Origin: Prevotella sp.
Lineage (GTDB): Bacteria; Bacteroidota; Bacteroidia; Bacteroidales; Bacteroidaceae
DNA length: 64,000 nt
Assembly: GCA_017458195.1 (NCBI GenBank)
Contig: JAFTGI010000102.1
Coordinates: forward strand, 13,556 to 77,555
Direction: 5' to 3'
Part shown: piece by piece, positions 1 through 9,200 of the stretch
Numbering within the stretch: position 1 is the stretch's first letter
Layout of the letters: each line of letters opens with the position of its first letter
Notes under the pieces: model-generated
The model's input: the letters and a program-made list of their open reading frames with translations, nothing else
Told to the model about the DNA's origin: nothing
Databases searched by the model: none
Translations under genes and position numbers: made by a program

Positions 1-9
1 GAAAAACAA

Positions 10-1176
10 ATGAAACAGATCAACAAACGCGTGACGGCGACCATCTTGTCGATGTCGCTGCTCACGGTGATGGCCGGTGCGGCCATTGCGCCCGCCCTGG
101 GCATCATCAGGGAGCACTTCGCTGCGGCTCCCCATCTGCTCGTGCAGCTCATCGTGAGCCTGCCGGCACTGTTCATCATCATCACCAACCTCTTTTTCCT
201 GTCGATCAGCCGACGATGGGGCTCGCGCACAATAGCCATCGTCGGACTGGTGCTCTACGTCGTGGCCGGGGCAGGCTGCTATTGGGCCGACAACATCTGG
301 GTGCTGCTGGCCTTGAGGGCGCTGTTGGGCGTCAGCGTGGGGCTGATCATGCCGCTGTCTACGGGCCTCTTGGCTTTCTATTATCCCCCAGAGGAGCAGG
401 CGCGGCTGATGGGGCTCTCGGCTGCCATGAACCAGATGGGCGGTGTGGTGGCCACGCTGTTGGCCGGCCTGTTGGCCCAGTTGGAGTGGCGCAGTGCCTT
501 CCTGGTCTATCTGCTCGGGCTTTTGGCGCTGCTGTTAGTGTTGCACTATCTGCCCGACGAGCACTTAGGTTCGTCAAACAAGCGGGGGCGTCCCTTCGAG
601 CCCCGTCAGCTGCTGAAGTTCCACCCCTCCGTCGTGGGCATGCTTCTGCTCATGCTCATCTTCTTCGTTTTCCCTACTAACTTTGCCATCATCGCTGCAC
701 AACGAAGCAGCCTCACGCCGACGGCCGTCACGGCCATCATGGTGGGGCTCGACGTGGTTGCTTTCTTGGCAGGACTGATGTTTGGATGGCTTATGAACAA
801 ACTGCCTCGCTACATGAAGTATGCCGCACCGCTGTTGTTCCTTTTAGGCTATGCCTGCTACGTGGAGGGCAGTGTGAGCATGCTCCTCGTGGGGTCGGCT
901 CTCATCGGACTGGCCAATGGCGTGGGCGTGCCCTATCTGCTTACCATTGCCAGCATCAAGGGCGGCCAGAATTCGGCTACGACCGTCATGCCGCTGCTCT
1001 CGGCCGCGCTCTACCTGGGCCAGTTCGTGTCGCCGCTGGTGGTGTTGCCGCTGTCGCGCCTGCTGTTCGGTGGAGCTGTGGTCGCCCCTTACGAGGTGGC
1101 CATCCTCGTCAGCCTTGTCTTCCTGGTGCAGGTGTGGGCCACGCGTCGTTTCCAGAGCTTGCCGCCGCGTGCGTAG
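10..1176 (+). CDS. MFS transporter
   Basis: 388 aa with about 12 hydrophobic segments and MFS-like motifs (SRRWGSR, LRALLGVSVG). Confidence 0.85.
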   Translation: MKQINKRVTATILSMSLLTVMAGAAIAPALGIIREHFAAAPHLLVQLIVSLPALFIIITNLFFLSISRRWGSRTIAIVGLVLYVVAGAGCYWADNIWVLLALRALLGVSVGLIMPLSTGLLAFYYPPEEQARLMGLSAAMNQMGGVVATLLAGLLAQLEWRSAFLVYLLGLLALLLVLHYLPDEHLGSSNKRGRPFEPRQLLKFHPSVVGMLLLMLIFFVFPTNFAIIAAQRSSLTPTAVTAIMVGLDVVAFLAGLMFGWLMNKLPRYMKYAAPLLFLLGYACYVEGSVSMLLVGSALIGLANGVGVPYLLTIASIKGGQNSATTVMPLLSAALYLGQFVSPLVVLPLSRLLFGGAVVAPYEVAILVSLVFLVQVWATRRFQSLPPRA

Positions 1177-1181
1177 ATGGC

Positions 1182-3395
1182 CTATCGCTTGAGCACTTTC
1201 CTGACACTGCCGTCGCGGCTTCTCACAATGTTGAGGCCGCGACGCAGTTCGTTCTGACGGCTGCCGTCGACGCCGTAAATGTGCTGTGGGGCGGGCGTCG
1301 GGCGTCGAATGCCTTCAATATGTGCATATCCGTCGTCGACCAGTCGCGACAGTGCCATGACCGAGGCATAAGCCCAGTTTGTGGAGGTGAACGTCACCGA
1401 CTTGAGGATGCGCTCCTCGTCGACCGGCACGGAGAAGTCGAACAGGCAGTAGTGGTTGTCAGAGCTGTAGCTGTTGTTGTCGCGCCGGATGTTGCCAAGG
1501 GCCGTGACGGCCTCGTCGCCCTCAGGCTGGCGCACCGACCAGTCGCGCACGTCGAAATCGCCGGCAGCGACAGTCGAGCCGTCGGTGTAGTTCAGCTGAA
1601 CCTCCAGCCTTGACGCCCCGTTGCCGCTGGTGGCAAGCACGAACAGCTCGCTGGTCTGCAAGGGCTGCGCCAGCACCAGTGTGCCCGTGCTGCCGGGGCT
1701 TTTCATCGTCAGCGCATTGTTTGCGGTGTAGGCCGCCAGCTGATAGTGCACCTGCTCGTTAGCCGACGTGATGAGCCTGTCGCCGGGCAGTCCGCCGCTG
1801 CCGCGCAACAGGGCCGAGTAGAACGTCCGCTCCGAACCGTCGATGGCCGTCGTCGTGAACTGGTTGGCGGGCAGGCTCTCGGCCACGATGTCCTCATTGA
1901 ATCCGTTGGCAATGTCGACGGGCTCCGTCTCGATGATGCGCGGCGGCAGGAGGTGCTTGTCGAGGAATCGCAGTCGCTGCGCCACCCAGTCCTTCAGGTG
2001 ACCGACGGCGTCGGCGTAGCTGTGGGCGTAGTAGGGCAGGGGCCAGATGTAGCTCTTGGTGAAGATGCCCCAGGCCTGCTCGTTGCGGGTGGCGGCCCCC
2101 GCGGTGGTGAGCAGTGCGGCCAGCGAGTCGATGGTGGCCATGAGCCGCTCGTCGCTGTGGTTGGCCTGGCGGTACTGCTGCCAGCGCTGCTTCATGGCGC
2201 TGACGTAGTCGTCGTCCTGCAGCAGCCGGTACCAGTAGAACGGCACGGGGCAGTCGTCCCACGTGAAGTTGACGTTCAGCATATACTGCCAGCGGTCCGT
2301 CCGGTCGCCGTCGTAGTAGTTGGCGTTGCCCCACGCGATGTTGAAGTCCCATAGCGTCAGCTTCCATCTTGGGTCGATGCCCTCGCGTTCGGCGCGCGCC
2401 TGGCTGTGCTTATAAAGATGTGTGGAGAGCCGGTAGCCGTCGATGTTCATCGACAGTTCCGTGGCCAGCATGTAGTCGATGAACGACATCGGGTCGACGT
2501 GCTTCCGATAGCCCTCGTCAGGATCCTGCCAGTTCTGGGCCCGGAACGACGCCTCCATCCGTTCCACCTCGCTGGTCAGCGCCTGGCGCGTGCCCTGCGG
2601 CAGCTGCCAGAACTCGTCGTCGTCGGGGTCGCCGTATTCATATTTGATGGTGTACCACGTGGCCACCTGCTGACCGTCGAGCGACTGCCAGGGATGATAC
2701 TTTGAAGCGAAGTAGGGGTCGTAGCCATGGTCGACCGAGACGTGCCAGTCGGCCACGATGTTGCCGTTGTCGTCCGTCGTCGGGTCGTCCAGGTCGAGGC
2801 GATGCTTGCCCTTCGACACGCGCTCGCAGAGCACGTAGACGCCGTAGTAAGTGCCGTCGAGAATGACCTCGCACATCCGCGCCGACGGCACCCAGTCCAT
2901 CCATGGCCGGGCCAGCTCAAAGGAGAGCACGTCGCGGAACATCGCCTCGTCGGCCCACGGCGCGATGAGTCCCCACTTGTTGTCCTTCGCCATGCCGAGC
3001 AGGCTGACCTTCTTTTTCGCCCCGCCGTAGTCGGGCAGCACGTTGGTCTCCAGCGTGCGGAAGGCCATCGGCTTCTTGTCCGACTGGTCGAACGATGAGT
3101 TACCGCGATACCTGAGTGCGATGTATCCCTCGTAGTCGATGTGCTGTCCGGGATGGGCCACGGTGTCGCCGTAGTTTGTCTGTCCGTCGCCGTTGTGCAG
3201 GATTTTCATCTGTCCCAGGATGTAGCCGTCGCGCAGGATCATCCGCCCGCCCACGTTGATGAACACGATGGGCAGGTTGGTCTCCGTAATCTTCACGTTG
3301 CGGTTGCGCAACAGCGACCGGTAGTTGTCGCTCTGCTGGGCGAAGGCCGTCATGGCCATGAGGAGTGCGAGGATTGTCAGCGTAAGTCGAGTCAT
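1182..3395 (-). CDS. Secreted CotH kinase-family protein with T9SS-type C-terminal tail
   Basis: Signal peptide; LRYRGNSS, YYGVYVLCERV, NIDGY and LWDFNIAWGN CotH motifs; C-terminal IYGVDG...RRGLNIVR...RKVLK. Confidence 0.85.
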   Translation of the reverse strand: MTRLTLTILALLMAMTAFAQQSDNYRSLLRNRNVKITETNLPIVFINVGGRMILRDGYILGQMKILHNGDGQTNYGDTVAHPGQHIDYEGYIALRYRGNSSFDQSDKKPMAFRTLETNVLPDYGGAKKKVSLLGMAKDNKWGLIAPWADEAMFRDVLSFELARPWMDWVPSARMCEVILDGTYYGVYVLCERVSKGKHRLDLDDPTTDDNGNIVADWHVSVDHGYDPYFASKYHPWQSLDGQQVATWYTIKYEYGDPDDDEFWQLPQGTRQALTSEVERMEASFRAQNWQDPDEGYRKHVDPMSFIDYMLATELSMNIDGYRLSTHLYKHSQARAEREGIDPRWKLTLWDFNIAWGNANYYDGDRTDRWQYMLNVNFTWDDCPVPFYWYRLLQDDDYVSAMKQRWQQYRQANHSDERLMATIDSLAALLTTAGAATRNEQAWGIFTKSYIWPLPYYAHSYADAVGHLKDWVAQRLRFLDKHLLPPRIIETEPVDIANGFNEDIVAESLPANQFTTTAIDGSERTFYSALLRGSGGLPGDRLITSANEQVHYQLAAYTANNALTMKSPGSTGTLVLAQPLQTSELFVLATSGNGASRLEVQLNYTDGSTVAAGDFDVRDWSVRQPEGDEAVTALGNIRRDNNSYSSDNHYCLFDFSVPVDEERILKSVTFTSTNWAYASVMALSRLVDDGYAHIEGIRRPTPAPQHIYGVDGSRQNELRRGLNIVRSRDGSVRKVLKR

Positions 3396-3501
3396 AATCA
3401 GCGTGCAAAGTTACAAAATGACCAGGATCGGTGATGGCCCCAAACCTTATCATCATATATCAATATAGGTGCAACCGCAAGTCTTTGTGTAAAAGGATTA
3501 T

Positions 3502-3682
3502 TTACTTTTGAATCAAATCCGTGATAACCTTCACTAATTCGTGGGCTGGTTCTACGATTGTGCATAATTCTTCTTCATTTACGGAGAAAATACAATTGTA
3601 GTCACCTTTGTCACGCAACTGCTCCATTCTTGTCCAGCTCGAGCGACACCATCGTCTTTCTATCCTCATCATTCAGACTCAT
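3502..3682 (-). pseudogene. HEPN-domain toxin remnant (internal deletion plus frameshift)
   Basis: ATG overlaps the MNT stop (ATGA). MSLNDEDRKTMVSLELDK is followed in another frame by MEQLRDKGDYNCIFSVNEEELCTIVEPAHELVKVITDLIQK*. The middle of a typical HEPN protein is missing. Confidence 0.7.
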
Positions 3683-3990
3683 AGGGCGATTGCATCTTCT
3701 AAAACGTTGTGATAAAATGGAGTGATACGGCTGGCCTCCCATTCCTTCTTCGTGTACATGATGGGATTGATATCTGTTCCCAAATCCCAACCCAACTTTG
3801 TCAGCGGATAGGTCACGGTGTCATAGTCCGTGGGCAACAGCCGTTCTTTGTCAAGCACTATCAGTATGTCCCAATCAGAGTCTTGTCGTGCATCCCCACG
3901 AGCCTGCGACCCATAGAGAAATGCCGTCCCGCCTTGTGGCAGGCTAATGGCAAGCACTTGCTTAATGCTGTCAAGAATCCGTTTGTTCAT
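3679..3990 (-). CDS. Minimal nucleotidyltransferase (MNT) antitoxin
   Basis: LYGSQARGDARQDSDWDILI motif; about 103 aa from MNKRILD; TATCTTTG promoter box upstream near 4012-4019. Confidence 0.85.
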   Translation of the reverse strand: MNKRILDSIKQVLAISLPQGGTAFLYGSQARGDARQDSDWDILIVLDKERLLPTDYDTVTYPLTKLGWDLGTDINPIMYTKKEWEASRITPFYHNVLEDAIAL

Positions 3991-4101
3991 ACTAATATCC
4001 TTTCTTGCGGGCAAAGATAATCATTTTTTGTGAATTAGCAATACTTTTCTCCTGTTTTTTTATCTCAGTTGTTACTATGTGGAAGTCAAAAAGTGGTACC
4101 T

Positions 4102-4195
4102 AAAACTAAAATCTCAGTGAGATTTTAATAAACCACACTGAGATTTTATAAAATCACACTGAGATTTTAATAAATCACACTGAGATTTTAGTTTT
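4102..4195. repeat. 21-bp tandem repeat bounded by terminal inverted repeats
   Basis: Three units of about TGAGATTTTAATAAATCACAC plus a partial fourth; ends AAAACTAAAATCTCAGTG / CACTGAGATTTTAGTTTT are reverse complements. Confidence 0.9.
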
Positions 4196-4239
4196 GCGCG
4201 GCCTTGCGCGGCTGTCATAGGAGTTCCTGTGACAGATAC

Positions 4240-5139
4240 TTACACCAAGTGCTCGATGAGGTCGGCGCGGTCGCCGGGCAGCATGTCGATCACCGGCAGC
4301 TCTACCATCGTGTAGCAGCCGGGCTGCTGGCGCAGCGAGGCGCGGGCCACGTTGACGAGCACCTGAGCCGTCAGGGCCGGGTTGTTGATCTGCATGTTGA
4401 ACTCGAAGCGCTGGTTCTGCGTCAGTCCGGAGACGCCCTTGCGCACCAGGTTGACGCCGTGACCCATGTCGCGCACCTCGTCGACGCTCTCCACCTGGAA
4501 GACGTGCGTCTCGTCAGAGGCGAAGTAGGGGTCGGCCTTCACTTCGGCGGCCACGTCCTCGAGCCGGGCGCCCGGCTCCAGCTCAACGTAGACCATGCGG
4601 CGATGGATGCCCTCGCCCTTGGGGATGGTCATCGAGAGTGCATCGCGGACGCCCTTCTTCGAGCGCACGCAGACCGAGTGGCCCATCGACATGCCGGGGC
4701 CGAAGTTTGTGTAGGAAAGTCCCTTGGGGGCGAGGCTCTGCATCAACGTGCGGACGATGCTGTCCGAGCCCGGGTCCCATCCGGCGGCGATGACGCTGAC
4801 GGTCTTGGTCTGCTTGTTCAGCTCCATCTGGCGCTCGCGGTAGCCGCGGATGTTGGTATGTATGTCAAACGAATCGACGGTGTTAATGCCCAGAGGCACG
4901 ATCTGGCGGGCGTACTCCTCGCACGAGCGGGTGGGGGTGCAGAGGATGGCCACGTCGACGTCCTTCAGTTCCTTGATATCCTTCACAATCTCATACCCGG
5001 CCAGCTCGGCGGGGCGGCCTTCGGCGCCCTGTCGGCGCACGATGCCTGCAATTTCGAAATCGGGGGCTGCCTGGAGAGCCTCCACGGTGAAGCGCCCGAT
5101 GTTGCCGTAGCCAACTACGGCTGCTCTGATTTTCTTCAT
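4240..5139 (-). CDS. ddh: meso-diaminopimelate D-dehydrogenase
   Basis: VVGYGNIG, NTVDSFDIH, GWDPGSDS, NFGPGMSMGHS motifs. Confidence 0.95.
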   Translation of the reverse strand: MKKIRAAVVGYGNIGRFTVEALQAAPDFEIAGIVRRQGAEGRPAELAGYEIVKDIKELKDVDVAILCTPTRSCEEYARQIVPLGINTVDSFDIHTNIRGYRERQMELNKQTKTVSVIAAGWDPGSDSIVRTLMQSLAPKGLSYTNFGPGMSMGHSVCVRSKKGVRDALSMTIPKGEGIHRRMVYVELEPGARLEDVAAEVKADPYFASDETHVFQVESVDEVRDMGHGVNLVRKGVSGLTQNQRFEFNMQINNPALTAQVLVNVARASLRQQPGCYTMVELPVIDMLPGDRADLIEHLV

Positions 5140-5394
5140 TTTGGTAATACTTTAATATAAAACTGCGGCAAAATTACAAAAAAAGGATGTAATAAACGAG
5201 AGTTTTTGGAAATTCTTTACAAACAAAGCGTCCTTTTAGGCCGAGCGAACGCAGAATGACCGTAAAAATATATTCCCCTACCGTCTTTGCATAGCCAGCA
5301 TGGCAATGAGGAAAAGAACAGCAATCAAAACCACCAAGGCTAGTAACAGCCAGAGACTCACCTTGTATCAGCACCGTTAAGAAAATTAAATTCA

Positions 5395-5485
5395 GTACAT
5401 CGGCGATGTACAATTCGTACATGGCCGATGTACAAAACGTACATGGGCGATGTACAAAATTCAAACCTTATTTTGACACACCCCT
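5395..5485. repeat. 22-bp palindromic tandem repeat (GTACAT..ATGTAC) with a TTTTGACACACCC end
   Basis: Three units of about GTACATGGCCGATGTACAAAAC; related copies at 18336-18395 and 40395-40440. Confidence 0.85.
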
Positions 5486-5604
5486 TCTCCGAGGCCGAAA
5501 ACAGCGCTTCCGCACACGAAATCTTGCAAATTTAATCCGTCAGACATAATAATTGCGGGGGCTGATGCGTTATCATAATTGTATATATACGAAAAAAGAC
5601 AATT

Positions 5605-6207
5605 ATGATTGAATATGTCAGGGGCGAGCTTGCCGAGCTTACTCCCGCTTACGCAACGGTGGAAGCCGCCGGAGTGGGCTACGGGCTGAACATCTCGCTC
5701 AACACTTACAGCGCCCTGCAGGGCAAACGCGAAGTCAAACTCTATGTTTATGAAGCGATTCGCGAGGATGCCTACGTGCTCTATGGCTTTTATAATAAAA
5801 AGGAACGCGAGATGTTCCAGTTGCTCATCACCGTCAGCGGGGTGGGCACGAACACGGCGCGCATGATGCTCAGCGGGATGACCGTCGCCGAGCTCTGCAA
5901 CGTCATCTCGACGGGCAACGCCAAGCTGATGCAGAGCATCAAGGGCATCGGCAAGATGACGGCCCAGCGCATCATCGTCGACCTGCGCGACAAGATTGTA
6001 GCCCTAGGCATCACCGACGAGATTCCCGCCGGCGGCAGCGTGCAGTCGCCCGTCGACACGGCCGTGCGCGATGAGGCTGTCGCCGCCCTGACGATGCTCG
6101 GCTTCGCGCCCGCCCCGACGCAGAAGGTCGTCATCCAGATTCTTCAGGAACAGCCCACGCTGCCCGTCGAGCAGGTGGTCAAGCAGGCGCTCAAGCAGAT
6201 AAAGTAG
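5605..6207 (+). CDS. ruvA: Holliday junction branch migration protein RuvA
   Basis: MIEYVRG...[39 protein letters not shown]. Confidence 0.97.
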   Translation: MIEYVRGELAELTPAYATVEAAGVGYGLNISLNTYSALQGKREVKLYVYEAIREDAYVLYGFYNKKEREMFQLLITVSGVGTNTARMMLSGMTVAELCNVISTGNAKLMQSIKGIGKMTAQRIIVDLRDKIVALGITDEIPAGGSVQSPVDTAVRDEAVAALTMLGFAPAPTQKVVIQILQEQPTLPVEQVVKQALKQIK

Positions 6208-6216
6208 CCACAGCCA

Positions 6217-9200
6217 ATGAAGCGCGTCGTCTACATATTGCTGATGCTGATTGCCGTCGTGGCCCTTACCACGGTGGCACAGGTCGACCCGCGGCGGGCT
6301 GGCCAGCGATCGGCATTGCCTCGCAATGGCGCGGCGACCCAGACGCAGACGCCACAGAACGATACTGCCAAGGTCAGGCGGCCGGTGCCAAAGGCCCAGC
6401 CCAAGGCGCTGACGGCGGTCGACGACGACGTGATTCCCGACTCGTTGCTCACGTCGCGCTGGCGCATCCAGCCGACGACGCCCTTGCTCGTCGAGGATCT
6501 CGATTCGAGCGCCCTCGACCTGCACATGCCCGACAATATCAAGCAGGAGGTGGAATATGACGACTCGCTCGGCCTTTACTATATCGGCTCGAAGATCGGC
6601 GACTCATATCTGAATGCGCCCATCGTGATGACGCCTGAGGAATACATGAAGTGGAGCGAGCGCCGCGCCCGCGAGCAGTTTTTCCGCGTGAAGGACGCCG
6701 AGAACGTGAAGTCGAAGGGCGAGAACAAGTTCGACTTTAGCGACATGCACTTCGACCTCGGTCCGGCTGAGAAAATCTTCGGTCCGGGCGGCGTCCGGGT
6801 GAAGACGCAGGGAACGGCCGAGCTGAAGATGGGCGCCACGCTGAAGAACATCGACAATCCCTCGCTGCCCATCCGTAACCGCAAGACGACGGCCTTCGAC
6901 TTCGACGAGAAGATCAACCTCTCGGTCAACGGCAAGGTGGGCGACAAGGTGAACATGAACCTGAACTACAACACCGACGCCACCTTCGACTTCGACACGA
7001 AGAACCTCAAGCTGAAATACGAGGGCAAGGAGGACGAGATCATCAAGCTCGTGGAGGCCGGCAACGTGACCTTCCCGTCGAACAACTCGCTCGTCCACGG
7101 CGCCACCTCGCTCTTCGGTCTGCGCACCGACTGGCAGTTCGGCAAGCTGAAGCTGCAGACCGTCCTGTCGCAGAAGAAGTCGACGTCGAAGAGCGTCTCG
7201 TCGAAGGGCGGCACGCAGACCACACCGTTCGAAATCGACGTGGCCGACTACGAGGAAAACCGTCACTTCTTCCTCTCCCACTACTTCCGCCAGCAGTATG
7301 ACCGCGCCATGCAGTCGCTGCCCAACATGACTACGGGCATCAAGATCAACCGCGTGGAAATCTGGGTGACGAACAAGACGGGAACAACGTCGAACACCCG
7401 CAACATCGTGGCCTTCACGGACCTCGGCGAGAACCAGCGGCTGAGCAATCCCCGATGGAGCCCGACGGGCATGCAGGTGCCTGCCAACCTGGCTAACGAC
7501 GTCTATTCAACCATCGTCAGCGTGGTCGACTCGGCCCGCAGCGTCGACCAGGTGACCACCCGCCTCGAACAGCTCACGTGGCTCACCGGCGGCACCGACT
7601 ATGAAAAGCTGTCGAGCGCACGTCTGCTGACAACCTCGGAATACACCATCAACACGGCCCTCGGCTATGTCTCGCTGAAGACCGGCCTGCAGACTGACCA
7701 GGTGCTGGCCGTCGCCTTCGAATATACCTACGGCGGACAGACCTATCAGGTGGGCGAATTCTCGACCGACGTCACCCAGACGCAGAAGTGCCTCTTCGTG
7801 AAGTCGCTGAAGAACACGTCGAACAACCCCTCGCAGGGCAACTGGGACCTGATGATGAAGAACGTCTACTACCTGGCTACGCAGGTCGAGAAGGAGAAGT
7901 TCCGCCTCGACATCAAATACCAGAGTGACACCACCGGCACCTACCTGACCTACCTGCCCGAGGAGCAGCTGAAGCAGACGACCCTGCTCAAGGTCATGGG
8001 CCTCGACCGCCTGGACGCCAACATGAAGCCCCACGCCAACGGACAGTTCGACTTCGTCAGCGGCTACACCGTCACCAACGGCCGCATCTTCCTCCCGTCG
8101 GCCGAGCCCTTCGGCGACTATCTGCGCGGCTATCTCGAGAAGCAGGGCATGGGCAGCGTGGCCGACAAGTACTGCTTCGACCAGCTCTATGACTCGACGA
8201 AGACGGTGGCCAAGCAGAACGCCGAGAAGGACAAGTTCATCCTCGTCGGACAGTATAAGGGCACGAGCGCCAACGTCATCTCGCTCGGCGCCTACAACGT
8301 GCCCCAGGGCTCCGTCGTCGTCACCGCCGGCGGCGTCACCCTCCAGGAAGGCTCCGACTACTCGGTCGACTACTCGGCCGGTGAGGTGACCATCCTGAAC
8401 CAGAGCATCATCGACGCCGGCACCAACGTCAACGTCTCGCTCGAGTCGAACAACGACTATGGCATGCAGCGCAAGACGATGCTCGGCATGAACTGGGAGT
8501 ACGACTTCACCAAGAACTTCTCGCTCGGTGGCACCCTGCTCCACCTGCAGGAGCAGGCCCTCGTCACCAAGGTGGCCATGGGCGAGGAACCGCTGAACAA
8601 CACGCTCTGGGGACTCAACATGAACTGGAAGCAGGAGTCGCAGTGGCTGACCAACATGCTCGACCGGCTGCCGCTGCTGCACGTCACGCAGCCCTCGCAG
8701 ATCACGTTCACCGGCGAGTTCGCGCAGCTCATTGCCGGCAAGTCGCACGGCACGCAGGACAACGCCTCCTATCTGGACGACTTCGAGAATACGAAGAACC
8801 TGCTCGACGTCTCTGACCCGAAGGCATGGATTCTGTCGAGCGTGCCCACGATGTTCCCCGACCACGACGACAAGGAGACCGTCAAGAGCGGCTACGGGCG
8901 CGCCCTGCTGGCATGGTATAACGTCGACCCCATCTTCACCCGCCGCTCGTCGAGCCTGACGCCCGGACACATAAAGAGCGACCTGGAGCAGCTGTCGAAC
9001 CACTACGTCCGCGAGGTCTACGTCAAGGAGCTCTATCCCAACCGCGACCAGTCGACCTACAACGGCGCCACGTCGACCCTGCCCGTGCTCAACCTGGCCT
9101 ACTACCCGCAAGAGCGCGGCCCCTACAACCTGACGCTCGACTTCAATGCCGACGGCACCCTGAAGAATCCTGCCTCGCGCTGGGGCGGCATGATGCGTAA

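Noticed and set aside
3613-3630. Programmed frameshift or TGA recoding in the HEPN gene
   Set aside because: Even if rejoined, the product is about 60 aa and lacks the domain core; deletion is the simpler explanation
4102-5485. 21/22-bp repeats as mini CRISPR arrays
   Set aside because: The units are contiguous with no unique spacers, and there are no cas genes
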